Positions 1 through 10,002 of a stretch of 64,000 nucleotides of DNA are shown one piece after another. Each line of letters starts with the position of its first letter. The stretch's first letter is position 1. The notes below the pieces were generated by a model, which saw only the letters and a list, made by a program, of their open reading frames with translations, was not told the origin of the DNA and searched no databases. A program made the translations under genes and the position numbers. Source of the DNA: Sedimentisphaerales bacterium (GTDB lineage: Bacteria; Planctomycetota; Phycisphaerae; Sedimentisphaerales; Anaerobacaceae); contig OY970194.1 of NCBI GenBank assembly GCA_963708075.1, forward strand, positions 6,336,001-6,400,000. The letters are read 5' to 3'.

Positions 1-2346
1 GCCTATTTCGAGGGTGGCCTTCGATACCCGGCAGGCGAAGAGACTGAAGGCCCATTTGTATTTCAGTGCAAGTTCATTGAATCGGCAAATGCAGCAGGGG
101 CAAAACCCAGGAAGCCTATTCTCAAAGCGGCGAGACAAGAGGCGGGGCGAATCAGAGAGCACCTCAAGAGTGGCAACTGGACTAGAGCACCGAGATGTTA
201 CGCTCTATTTACTAACGCGCCATTTACACCTGCGATGCGCGACACGGCGCGCAGTGTGTTTGCCGATGTCCTTCCAGGCACAAGTGTCTTGATTCACGAC
301 GGGAACGACATTTGTCAGTGGCTTCGGAATACCCCGCAGATTGCACGCAGCTTTCCTCAGCTACTTTCGCTTCGGGATCTCCAGGAGCTTCTGCGAGATG
401 CAGTTCATTCAGACATCATTGCTCGCAGCGAACAAGCGATAGTTATGGCCCAGACGTACGCGCAGGCTTTCGTGCCCACGAGCGCTTACGCTTTGGCACA
501 AGATAAACTTGCCGCCAATGGTTTTGTTGTCTTGGAAGGTCCACCGGAGATGGGAAAGACAACAATCGGGCGCATTATAGCTTTAGCTCAGATAGCCTGT
601 GGATGGGAGGGCATCGAATGCCGCTCGCCTGCTGACATCCTGAAAATGTATCGGCGTGACCGGCGTCAAGTCTTTGTCGCTGATGATTTCTTCGGTCGAA
701 CCGAATACGAGCCGATGCGTGTGAGCGAATGGCAAGCGGAGCTTGGATACATCCTACCGCTGCTTGGCCGCACACATTGGCTAATCTTGACGTGTCGTGC
801 TCACCTGCTGCAAATGGCCAAGGCTAGCCTCGACATCGCAAATCAGCACAACCGGTTTCCAGAGCTTGGTGAAGTCGTCGTGAATGCGGGGAGTCTGAGT
901 CCCTTGGAAAAGGCGCGTATTGTATATCGCCATGCAAAGGCGGTCGCTTTGGGATATTCAGCAAAAGAGGTAATAAGAACACATGCTACACAGATTGTCG
1001 GGCATCCACACTTCACACCCGAAAGAGTACGTCGGCTGATAGAAGAGCTTTCGGTGGAGTATAACGACAAACAGGGGGGATTGATAACAGAGTTGGTAGA
1101 GTCCAGAACGGGTGTTGCTCACTGCAAAGAATCTCTAGAGTTCATGACGCGACTCCAGAAGGTTCTTAGTAATCCAACACAACAGATGCGAGTTAGCTTC
1201 CGCAGACTCCCAGCCTGTCATCGCTGGCTGCTCTTCTCGCTCCTTGAAATAGACCAAAATACGAATATCTTCGAGGTAGGTTATCGTGAATTACGGGCCC
1301 GATATGATGCTTTATGTCCTGCCGAGGTTCATGAGCGATACGAACATGTACTTACTGAATTGACAGAGGCGTTTGTCCGGAAGTCGACTGGCTCATTTGG
1401 TGACAGAGTGAATTGGATCCATCCGAGTTGCCGTGATTTGAGTATCGATGAATTATCAGAGCACGCCCGCGACCGAGCACAATTCTTGGCAAATTGCGAC
1501 GAGTCTGGACTTACCCTAGCAATTTCCCTGGCAGGAGGTGCGGAAGGCCTGCGGCAATTGCCGCTTCTGCAAACAGAAAGCGATTGGAAGTGTTTCGTCA
1601 TTCACGCTCGCCAACTCGTCCAGGAGAAAGCCCACGTCTTTTGTGCGATCTGGCAAAGCTATCAGGTTATAAAGAAACAGATTGAGCCTAAGCCCGCACT
1701 GCGCGGTGCAGTTGCACGTCTGACCAAAATGATAAGAGAAGAGTTGGCGGATCTTGCTGCTTCGAAGCTGGGGCAATCAGGTTATTCTGATTTGGAATCG
1801 CTCAAAATGTTTCCTCATATCTGTGATGAGTTGCTGATCTCCCCTTCAATTGACTTCACTGGAGCGTGGGCAGATTGTGCGGAGGATGTGAAACGCTGGG
1901 TAGAGGAGCCGGACGTGATATGGGAAGATAGTAGAGTCCCGGCACGAGTTGCCACCTTTTGGAAAATCCTGAACGAATCCTTCCCCGCTTTTTTCGCAAA
2001 CGCTGATATACGACAACAGCTAAACGATATGCTCGATGCAATCCTAGATCGCACGGCGACTGACGACAATTCGTCTTACGACCCCCCGAAGGATTCAGAT
2101 GAGGCCGCAAATCGCGCAAGTGGTCTTGAGAACCAGCACAAGTCCTTTAAGAAACTCGCCGAGATTCCCATGTGGACTCAACGTCAGCAGAAAGCGTTGA
2201 GACAGTGTGCGGCTCACTTCAAAGCTGAGGCCGATTCATTATGGGAAGAGGTTCCTTCCGAGCAGGACTGCGATGACTGGAGGGATCAGCATCCCCCGTT
2301 ACCCGACGTAGACGTCAACATCGAGGGTCTCTTTTGTGACCTATGA
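1..2346 (+). CDS. Restriction-endonuclease-like domain fused to STAND-class (nSTAND3-like) NTPase, 5' truncated by the window edge; putative defence protein
   Basis: Frame 1 is open from base 1 (AYFEG...FVFQCKF...YALFTN, Mrr/PD-(D/E)xK-like QxK motif) into ORF 235..2346, which has Walker A GPPEMGKTT and Walker B FVADDFFG; visibly more AT-rich than neighbours. Confidence 0.7.
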   Translation, partial: AYFEGGLRYPAGEETEGPFVFQCKFIESANAAGAKPRKPILKAARQEAGRIREHLKSGNWTRAPRCYALFTNAPFTPAMRDTARSVFADVLPGTSVLIHDGNDICQWLRNTPQIARSFPQLLSLRDLQELLRDAVHSDIIARSEQAIVMAQTYAQAFVPTSAYALAQDKLAANGFVVLEGPPEMGKTTIGRIIALAQIACGWEGIECRSPADILKMYRRDRRQVFVADDFFGRTEYEPMRVSEWQAELGYILPLLGRTHWLILTCRAHLLQMAKASLDIANQHNRFPELGEVVVNAGSLSPLEKARIVYRHAKAVALGYSAKEVIRTHATQIVGHPHFTPERVRRLIEELSVEYNDKQGGLITELVESRTGVAHCKESLEFMTRLQKVLSNPTQQMRVSFRRLPACHRWLLFSLLEIDQNTNIFEVGYRELRARYDALCPAEVHERYEHVLTELTEAFVRKSTGSFGDRVNWIHPSCRDLSIDELSEHARDRAQFLANCDESGLTLAISLAGGAEGLRQLPLLQTESDWKCFVIHARQLVQEKAHVFCAIWQSYQVIKKQIEPKPALRGAVARLTKMIREELADLAASKLGQSGYSDLESLKMFPHICDELLISPSIDFTGAWADCAEDVKRWVEEPDVIWEDSRVPARVATFWKILNESFPAFFANADIRQQLNDMLDAILDRTATDDNSSYDPPKDSDEAANRASGLENQHKSFKKLAEIPMWTQRQQKALRQCAAHFKAEADSLWEEVPSEQDCDDWRDQHPPLPDVDVNIEGLFCDL

Positions 2347-2376
2347 TATCACCTTACGGCGTCACTACGAGCGGGC

Positions 2377-3889
2377 TCAGATATAGACCTTGTCCATCAT
2401 TCTGGGGAAGGGGATGCACTGGCGGATGTGCTTTTCGCCGGTGATCCAGGCGACGGTTCGCTCGACGCCGAGGCCGAAGCCGCCGTGCGGGACGGAGCCG
2501 TACTTGCGCAGGTCCAGGTACCAGTCGTAGGTTTCGGGGTTGAGGCCCTGGTCTTTGATCTTGGCCAGGAGGCGGTCGTAGTCGTCCTCGCGGACGGAGC
2601 CGCCGATGATCTCGCCGAAGCCGGCGGGGGCCAGCAGGTCGAAGTTCTCCACGACCTTCTCGTTCTGGCGGTCGGTCCGCATGTAGAAGGCCTTGGCCTC
2701 GCGCGGGTAGTGCGTCACGAAGACCGGCTTGTCGTGCATCTGGGAGATGATCGTCTCGTCGGAGCCGCCGAGGTCCTTGCCCCACTCGAACTCGGCCGCA
2801 AGTTGGGCGTGCTTCGGGTTGTTCTCGATTCGCGTATTGACCTCTTCCAGGTCGCCTCGCAGCTCGATCAGCTCGGCGGCGATCTTGTCCTTCTGCCACT
2901 GCTTGATCTGGCCCGCCTGCTCCTTTTCGAGCTCGGCGATCCGGCCTTCGATCCGCTGCTTTTCGCTCTGCAGCTCGCTCAGCTCGCGGGCGAGGAACTC
3001 CTTCGCCTTCGGGCCCTTGAGAATCTCCACGGCTTGCGTGTACGTCAGGCGGTAGAAGGGCGGCGCGATTCGCTCCAGGGCCGGGATGTCCGCTCCGAGC
3101 GTCTGCAGCTCGCTGCGGTTGTCCTGCAGGACGCGGGCGGCGATGGAGGAGACGAGCCCCTCGGCCAGGTGGAGCAGGCCGTCGAGGTCGATGAACGCGA
3201 CCTCCGGCTCGACCATCCAGAACTCGGTCAGGTGCCGGCGGGTCTTGCTCTTTTCCGCGCGGAAGGTCGGGCCGAAGCAATAGACCCGGCCGTAAGCTCA
3301 TCGCCGCCGATTCCAGGTAGAGCTGGCCGGTCTGCGTCAGGTGCAGCGGCCGGCCGAAGTAGTCCACCTCGAACAGCGACGTCTGGTCCTCGCCGACGAT
3401 GGTCGTGAAGATCGGCGTATCGACGAGGATGAAGCCGTTGTCGTTGAAGTAGCGGCGGATCGCGTCGATCACGGTGTGGCGGACCTTGCCGATGGCCCAC
3501 TGCCTCTGCGAGCGCAGGTGCAGGTGGCGGTGCCTCATCAGGAATTCGACGCCGTGCGGCTTGGGCGTGATCGGATAGCCCTCGGCCGCAGCGACGACCT
3601 GGGCGCCGGTGACCGACATTTCGTAGCCGCCGACGCTTCGCTCATCGGCCCGGATCGTTCCCGTCACCGACAGCGATGACTCCTGCCCCAGCCGCTTAAG
3701 CTGCTCGAAGACCTCGTCAGGCACCTTGCCCTTCTCCACGATACACTGGCACAGCCCGGTGCCGTCGCGGATGATGAGAAACAGAATCTTGCCGCTGGCC
3801 CGGCTGTTATACAGCCAGCCGTGAAGTGTTACTTCCTGCCCGACATGATCCTTCAGTTCATTGATATAGACGTTCCTGCTCTCGGTCAT
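2377..3889 (-). CDS. asnS: Asparagine--tRNA ligase (one apparent sequencing frameshift near 3294)
   Basis: N-terminal OB fold ([24 protein letters not shown]), [42 protein letters not shown] across ORFs 2354..3889 and 2377..3216. Confidence 0.93.
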
Positions 3890-3927
3890 TTCTCTGGTTC
3901 CTTATTGGCATTGGGTCCAACCAACAT

Positions 3928-4002
3928 GTAGGGTGGGTTCTCAACCCACGCGGCGGTTTGCGCTTCGACTGGGTAACCGCGTGGGTCAAGGACCCACCCT
4001 AC
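3928..4002. repeat. GTAG-type REP-like inverted pair
   Basis: GTAGGGTGGGTTCTCAACCCACGCG ... CGCGTGGGTCAAGGACCCACCCTAC; each arm has an internal palindrome. Confidence 0.8.
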
Positions 4003-4005
4003 GAA

Positions 4006-5085
4006 TCATGGAGCCTTTATACCATATTGCGGCCAGAGGGGATAGTCGTCGGCCTTGCCTTGGTCTGATCCGTTTTCGTCAGTCCGATTTAGGCCCCTGG
4101 CGTAAAGGAGGAACGTGCCGTTGGACACTCTCCTATATACGAAGGTTCGTTCCGTGAACGGGTCGATCAGGGCCTGCTCCGGGACGAGCGTCTTGATCTC
4201 GTCGAGGCTGTCGGGCAAGCGGCTGTTCGCGTTGTAGTAGTGCTGCAGTCCCACCAGGACGCGCACACCCCGGCGGAGCGACAGCAAACGCAGATAGTAC
4301 TCCGCAATGCGTTGCTCCAGTTCCTCCTCGCGAGGAAATATGCCTAGGAACTTCTGCCCCCATTCCTCGATCCGATCCAGCGGAGCCTGTTTCGCCAGAT
4401 AGATCTTGGTGAAGATGGGCAGAGCCTCCGCCAGCGGCGCATATGCCTGCTCAAAGTCGTTGTCCAGGTCGCCTGCCATGGCCTCGGCTGTTCTAAGAAG
4501 CTCTTGCGGCGCGTCCGGGCGCATGACTGACTCGCAAAGTGTGCCCCATGCACTTGCCTCGATCTCCATGCCCGCACAGAAATCGGCCGGTGTAAGCTGC
4601 TGCCGAAGATGGCGTCCCATCTGGACCATACAGCGCAGCTTCTCGGCAGCGGCATCGATGCGGCCGTCGCCGATGTCCTTGGCGGCCGCACTGGCCAGCG
4701 CGCGGGCCCATTCTCGCATCGGGACGAAACGCGCACCATAATCCTTGGAGCCTAGCTCGGCGAGCGACAGGGGGAACCAGCAGAAGTCCATCTTTGATGC
4801 CTCGATCAGCATCCCAAAAGTGGCAGGGCCCAGGTTTGGATCGGCCGCATTCCCTGCCGGTACATAGGTGGCGGCCAATCGATCGTAGATCGTAGCGGCG
4901 TTCTTCTCAGGAGGCAGGGCGCGACGGGCATCCATCGCCGCGATCCGCTGCGCCAGCGACTTCCGAGACGGACGTGGGCCAAGAAAGACAGCCAGTGCCA
5001 ACAGGCATGCCAGGAGCACTATGCCAACAAGAACGTATCGCCTGTTGACCCATGACTTCTGCGGACTGCGATCATTCGACTTCAT
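4006..5085 (-). CDS. Membrane-anchored hypothetical protein, paralog 1 of 4, GspG-like C-terminal motif
   Basis: Basic N-terminus plus TM helix; LPPEKNAATIY, CWFP, LPDSLDEI..LIDPFT..FLLYARGLNRTDENG..DD shared with neighbours. Confidence 0.8.
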   Translation of the reverse strand: MKSNDRSPQKSWVNRRYVLVGIVLLACLLALAVFLGPRPSRKSLAQRIAAMDARRALPPEKNAATIYDRLAATYVPAGNAADPNLGPATFGMLIEASKMDFCWFPLSLAELGSKDYGARFVPMREWARALASAAAKDIGDGRIDAAAEKLRCMVQMGRHLRQQLTPADFCAGMEIEASAWGTLCESVMRPDAPQELLRTAEAMAGDLDNDFEQAYAPLAEALPIFTKIYLAKQAPLDRIEEWGQKFLGIFPREEELEQRIAEYYLRLLSLRRGVRVLVGLQHYYNANSRLPDSLDEIKTLVPEQALIDPFTERTFVYRRVSNGTFLLYARGLNRTDENGSDQGKADDYPLWPQYGIKAP

Positions 5086-6173
5086 GGAACCTCCTGGCCA
5101 GTTGGCTGAGGAGACGTCATACGACGCGGAAGCCAGATTTGGAAATCATCGGCCTTTTCGTGGTGCTGTCCGTTGTCATCTCGCCGGTTCGGCCCTTTCG
5201 AATAAAGAAGGAACTCGTCCGCCTCCCTTCGATAGATGAACATCTGTCCGGTGTAGGGGTCGATCAGGGCTTGCTCAGGGACGAGTGTTCGGATCTCCTC
5301 CAGGCTGTCCGGCCAGCGCCCATTCGCGTTGTGGTAGCGCCGCAGTCCCACCAGGAGGCGCGCGCCGCGGCGCTGCGACAGCAGACGCAGATAGGCCTCC
5401 TCGATCCTTTGGCCATCGCTCTTTTCCCCTCGCGATCGCCACCGGTTCTCCATCTGTTGTCGCAGAGTCCATTCTGCCGAGATGGTTCTCCAAACGAGAG
5501 GCTGGACCTCCAGAGTCAATTTCGCGACTTCTTTATAGTTGTTCTCAAGCTCCCGGGGCATCGCCTCGGCCATGCTCAGAAGTTCCTCCGAGGCGTCCGG
5601 CTGCATGACAAACTCGCCTAACGGAGTCCAAGCCCGCCCCTCGATCCCCGTGCCCGCCAGGAAGTCAGCCAGGAGGGCCTGCTGTTGAAGATGGTCTCCC
5701 ATCCGGACAAGACAAAGCAGCTTCTCGGTGGCGGCATCGATATGACCATCGGCGACATCCCGCCGGACGGCATTGACGAGCACGCCGGCCCACGCCCACA
5801 TGGGGTTAATGTGCTTCATATGGTTCATGTAGCACTGCTGGCCGGGCGACAGCGGGAACCAGCAGGATTCCACTTTCGATGCCTCGATCAGTCCTGAGAG
5901 GGCGGCGGGAGTAAGCTTTGTATCAGGTGACTCGCCTGTCAGCGTCTTTGTCGCGACGAGTTGGTCGTAGATCGTGGCGGCATTCTCCTCGGGCGCCAAG
6001 GTATGGGCAGCGTTGATCTCCGCGATGCGCTGCGCCAGCAACTCGCGGGATGGGCTGTGGCTGAAGATGAGAACCACCGCCGCGATTCCAAGGCAAGCCA
6101 GAAGAACGATACCGAGCAGGATGTATCGCCTGTTCGCCCGCAATTTCTTCAGATGCCCATGGCCTGGCTTCAT
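5082..6173 (-). CDS. Membrane-anchored hypothetical protein, paralog 2 of 4
   Basis: Same motifs (PEENAATIY, CWFP, GRWPDSLEEI..LIDPYT..FLLYSKGPNRRDDNG); ATGA overlap with paralog 1. Confidence 0.8.
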   Translation of the reverse strand: MKPGHGHLKKLRANRRYILLGIVLLACLGIAAVVLIFSHSPSRELLAQRIAEINAAHTLAPEENAATIYDQLVATKTLTGESPDTKLTPAALSGLIEASKVESCWFPLSPGQQCYMNHMKHINPMWAWAGVLVNAVRRDVADGHIDAATEKLLCLVRMGDHLQQQALLADFLAGTGIEGRAWTPLGEFVMQPDASEELLSMAEAMPRELENNYKEVAKLTLEVQPLVWRTISAEWTLRQQMENRWRSRGEKSDGQRIEEAYLRLLSQRRGARLLVGLRRYHNANGRWPDSLEEIRTLVPEQALIDPYTGQMFIYRREADEFLLYSKGPNRRDDNGQHHEKADDFQIWLPRRMTSPQPTGQEVP

Positions 6174-6185
6174 TGTGCCTCCGGA

Positions 6186-6883
6186 CTATGACTTGCGCAG
6201 CATGACTGCTTCCAGGTTCTTGAACTGCTTTTCCTGCAGCCATTCCCAGATGCCTCGCCGGGGCCAGATTCCATAATCATCCCCGGCGGGCTCCTTTCTG
6301 CCGTTGGGTCCCGTGCTGTAGAGAAAGAACGCGTCACCGTCCGGGCGACGCAATGCAGCTTCTCCCTTGCGGCATCGAGCCGGCCCTGATCCAGATCGTC
6401 CAGGGCGGCCGCCATGATTGACCACGCCACCTGACGCATCACGCTCGTTCGCTTAAAGGTGGTGCTCCGCATCCATCTCATGGCCGCAACGGGTCCGGCG
6501 CCGTCGCAAAGTGCCGGGAAGAAGCACCGTGGCCGCGTGGCGGCCTCCAGGAGCACTCTCATACGTTCTTCCTCGCTGAACAGCAGAGAAGAAATAGTGT
6601 TGGAGTCCGTCGGCAGGCCCGCGGTAGGCACTCTCAGTTCCTTCCGCAGATAAGCCGTCAGCAGCCGGTTGTAGATCGTGGCAGCGTTCTCCTCCGGCGG
6701 CAGGACGCGGGCCGCATAGATGGCCGCGAGGCGATGCTCAACCGATCTCCGTCGCCACCCAGGGCCGAGACAGAGGACGGCAAGAATCGCCAACCCCAAA
6801 ACCACGGCCACAACGATCCATCGCCCGCGCCGAGGCCGTTTGAACCTTCCGGAGTCCCTGTTCTCTCGTGTTCGCTCCGCCAT
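6186..6883 (-). pseudogene. Paralog 3 of 4, internally deleted and out of frame
   Basis: N-terminal half (LPPEENAATIY, CFFP, DAAREKLHCVAR) is in ORF 6170..6904; the family C-terminal end (RRPDGDAFFLYSTGPNG..DDYGIWP) is in another frame (6186..6425); the middle section present in the paralogs is missing. Confidence 0.7.
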
Positions 6884-6994
6884 GCCTGTGCTCCGAATGA
6901 CCACCTGCGGGAATAGATCATATGCGGAAAACTGGTGGCAGGAAAGTCCTTTTTGTTGCAGGCAAACCTGTCATCAAGACTTGGCGCGCGCAGG

Positions 6995-8209
6995 CTATTC
7001 GTTGGTATCTTGCTGTCCTGCTTCGGGGTCTCGGCCTCGCGAGGGCCAGATGGGCCAGTCGTCCGGGCCGTTCGGATCGTGTTGGCCGTTTTCGTCGATG
7101 CTGTTCCTGCCTTTCGAGTAGAGTGAGAATACGTCGGCCGCTGGTTTGTAGACGAACGGGCCGCAGTTGAGGGGATCGGTAAGAACCTCTTCAGGCAGCG
7201 ACGCCTTGATCTCGTTCAGGCTCGTGGGCCAGTGGCCGGTCGTGCTCCTGTATCGTTTCATCGCGATGAGGGTCCGGATCCCTCGCCCGGTCGCTATGCA
7301 ACGAAGATCCGCCTGGCGCGTCGTCTCATCGGTATCAGGCCCCTTAAGTGTCCCGAACACGGCATGATTGAAGCGGTATCGAAAGATGTGCGCACTGATG
7401 CGATCCAGGGGACCAAGGCCCTCCATCATCCTTTGTTCCTTGAGCCGGCTGACTTCCCGGATCTCCTGGATATCCCTGGCTGTACCGTCCGCTATTGGCA
7501 AGGGCATCGCTTCAAGCCTCCGGAGATGTGCGTCCGTTGGGTCGTCTTCGAGGATGAACCGGGCCATGCCCTCCAAAGCCAGTCTCTGGATGGAACTACC
7601 GACGAAGTGATCTGTAGGCACTGGTTGCTGCAAGAGGTGGTCCCCGATCCGAAGAAGGCATTGCCATTTCACCATGGCAGCGTCAAGGCGTCCCTCGGCG
7701 ATATCATTGTTCGCCGCCGCGCGTAGCAGGAATCCCCACCAACGCATTGGCGCCGCCCGATCCATGGAACTCGTGTCTCTGATATCGATGCTGATGGGGA
7801 ACCGGCATTTCTCGAATCGTGCGGCCTCCAGGAGTCTGTCGATGATATACCGGTGCTCCTTGAGCCATGCATCCGTCTCGGGCTGATCCCTGCTGAGCCA
7901 GGGCCCATGAAGCACGCGGTCAGAGAGCAGCGGCTCGCCGGCTTGAGAAGAGGCGTCTGACAACGACGTAGCCTTGGAATCGCGCAACAATTCGTTGTAG
8001 ATCATCGCCGCATTTTCGGAATCCGGGATCGCACGGGCGGCTTCTATTTCCGCGAGGCGATCATCGGCACTGTGCGACTTTGGCCAGAAGGCGGCCGCTC
8101 CAAGGATGCAGACGACGATGGCCGCAAGAGAGATAATAGCGGCGACGAGCCACACGCGTTTTCTGCGTCTGGCCTGTGGCTTGCCGGCGATTACAGGGCG
8201 ATCATCCAT
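6995..8209 (-). CDS. Membrane-anchored hypothetical protein, paralog 4 of 4
   Basis: IPDSENAAMIY, CRFP, GHWPTSLNEI..LTDPLN..FSLYSKGRNSIDENG..DDWPIWP; start at MDDRPV with AGGAGA SD. Confidence 0.8.
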   Translation of the reverse strand: MDDRPVIAGKPQARRRKRVWLVAAIISLAAIVVCILGAAAFWPKSHSADDRLAEIEAARAIPDSENAAMIYNELLRDSKATSLSDASSQAGEPLLSDRVLHGPWLSRDQPETDAWLKEHRYIIDRLLEAARFEKCRFPISIDIRDTSSMDRAAPMRWWGFLLRAAANNDIAEGRLDAAMVKWQCLLRIGDHLLQQPVPTDHFVGSSIQRLALEGMARFILEDDPTDAHLRRLEAMPLPIADGTARDIQEIREVSRLKEQRMMEGLGPLDRISAHIFRYRFNHAVFGTLKGPDTDETTRQADLRCIATGRGIRTLIAMKRYRSTTGHWPTSLNEIKASLPEEVLTDPLNCGPFVYKPAADVFSLYSKGRNSIDENGQHDPNGPDDWPIWPSRGRDPEAGQQDTNE

Positions 8210-8240
8210 GGCTGCGTCTCCTATCTGAGCATACCTCAGG

Positions 8241-8265
8241 GACAGACGCATGGAAAGATGGTTTC
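8241..8265 (-). promoter_or_regulatory. Possible ECF-type promoter (GAAAC-N16-TGTC) for the four-paralog array
   Basis: Motif and spacing resemble ECF promoters; lies just upstream of the SD of paralog 4. Confidence 0.3.
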
Positions 8266-8456
8266 TTCGAGGGAATCGCTGTCGTTTGGACGCGGTTCTC
8301 TTCGTGCCGGAGCACAGGGGTGTTGGCTATTATCGGCCCGGCTGTTGGCGTGGTGGGTGGGGGGATAGAAATCGTGTGGTTTTCCTCAATTGCCCCCGCC
8401 TCGACGCCGATAATACGGATGAAAATGGAAAATCATAGAACCTAAGGAGACCGAGT

Positions 8457-8792
8457 ATGGGGATTCAGAACTGGTCTGAGGATATCATTCTCGTCGATCT
8501 GCCGTCTGAGCCGGAGATGGGGGATGAGCTTAAGACTGTCACGGAAATGGTGCGGGACCGAGGCGATTGCGAGGTCGTCGTGGATTTCGCGAGGATCGAT
8601 ATCATCACGTCTTCGAGCCTCTCGAAGTTGTTGAAGTTGCGAAAACTGGTCGGTGACTGCGGCCACAGGCTCGTGTTCTGCAGCGTTGCCCCGGCGACAA
8701 AGGGGATTTTTACGGTCACGGGTCTTGACGGCGTCTTCGAAATCGTGGACGATAAGTTCATTGCCTTGGCCAGTCTGCAAATGGTCGGGTAG
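8457..8792 (+). CDS. STAS-domain anti-sigma-factor antagonist
   Basis: VVVDFARIDIITSSSLSKLLKL..LVFCSV..IFTVTGLD STAS pattern; AAGGAG SD. Confidence 0.85.
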   Translation: MGIQNWSEDIILVDLPSEPEMGDELKTVTEMVRDRGDCEVVVDFARIDIITSSSLSKLLKLRKLVGDCGHRLVFCSVAPATKGIFTVTGLDGVFEIVDDKFIALASLQMVG

Positions 8793-8997
8793 TTGATCCG
8801 GCCTGTCGGATGCCTGAGGCCGGACCAGTGTAGTCGCTTGGATGCAAGGGATCGGGCAAAGGCACGCATGGGTCGTGCCTGCCCGTTGCCCGTGGAGCGG
8901 GTCACGAACATCGCTCGAAGGACCGATATTCGTCATCTGCTCGCGGGATATATGGGTATCCGCTGGGATACCGTATTCGGGTGTGGTCTTTTGTCAG

Positions 8998-9712
8998 ATG
9001 GATATAGACGTTCTGCACCAGGTCGAGCAGGTTCTTGGACATGAATTCACCGATGAGGCGTTGATCGCCAAGGCCTTCACGCACTCCTCCGCGGTCGACA
9101 ACCGGCTCGAGAGCAACGAGCGGCTCGAATTCCTCGGTGATGCGGTTCTCTCCCTGGTGATTTGCCAGAGCCTGTTTGAGAAATTCCGCGAGTACCCGGA
9201 AGGCGAGCTGACGAAGATGAAGAGTATGCTGGTTTCCCGCGGGACCTGCGCGGGTGGCCCGCCGCATGGGCCTGCCGACGTACCTGTCGGTCGGTAAGGG
9301 TATGGTCTCCAGCAAGGCGTTGCCCGGGTCGCTGGCCGCCGGTTTGCTGGAGGCGGTCATCGCCGCCATCTACACCGACGGGGGATTCGAGGCGGCCCGC
9401 GGTTTCATCCTGCGCAATTTCGCCCCGCTCATCGAGCAGATGAATGCCGAGGAGGCGCACGGCAACTACAAATCCCTTTTGCAGCAGTATGCCCAGGAGC
9501 AGTTCAACGTGGCTCCGATGTACGTGCTGCTGGACGAGAAGGGTCCCGATCACAACAAATGCTTCGAGTCGGAAGTGGTGGTCGACCAGCGGCATTTTCC
9601 CAGCGCCTGGGGGGCCAACAAGAAGGAGGCGGAGCAGAAGGCCGCCTACAACGCCCTGGTGGAGCTGGGGGTCTTGAACCGGGCCGAAGTGCTGGAAGAC
9701 GGGTCGTACTAA
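8998..9712 (+). CDS. rnc: Ribonuclease III (apparent frameshift near 9250)
   Basis: AFTHSS..NERLEFLGDAVL signature; dsRBD NYKSLLQQYAQ..GPDH..KKEAEQKAA in the second frame. Confidence 0.93.
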
Positions 9713-10002
9713 AAGGCGGATTTGTTCAAGAGGGTGGGCAGTTGGTCCGTCATGATCCAGGTCACGCCGTACAGGACCAGCGCGATCACAATGATGAATG
9801 CGAGAATCGACCCGAACAGAACCGCGGATTCTCTGATAAAAGGATACGGCCGGATCTTGTAGACCTTTGTGGCCTTGTAGACCACCACGAAGGACACCAG
9901 CAGGGGCAGCAGCCACAGCATCGATGCCGGGTTCGTATCGACGTGCATCGGAGTGGTGAAGCTCGCCAACAGCATCTCGTTGAAGGCCGTCATGTCAGTC
10001 AT
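9709..10002 (-). CDS. Small membrane protein, unknown function
   Basis: 97 aa, two hydrophobic segments, coupled to the upstream gene. Confidence 0.65.
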   Translation of the reverse strand: MTDMTAFNEMLLASFTTPMHVDTNPASMLWLLPLLVSFVVVYKATKVYKIRPYPFIRESAVLFGSILAFIIVIALVLYGVTWIMTDQLPTLLNKSAF

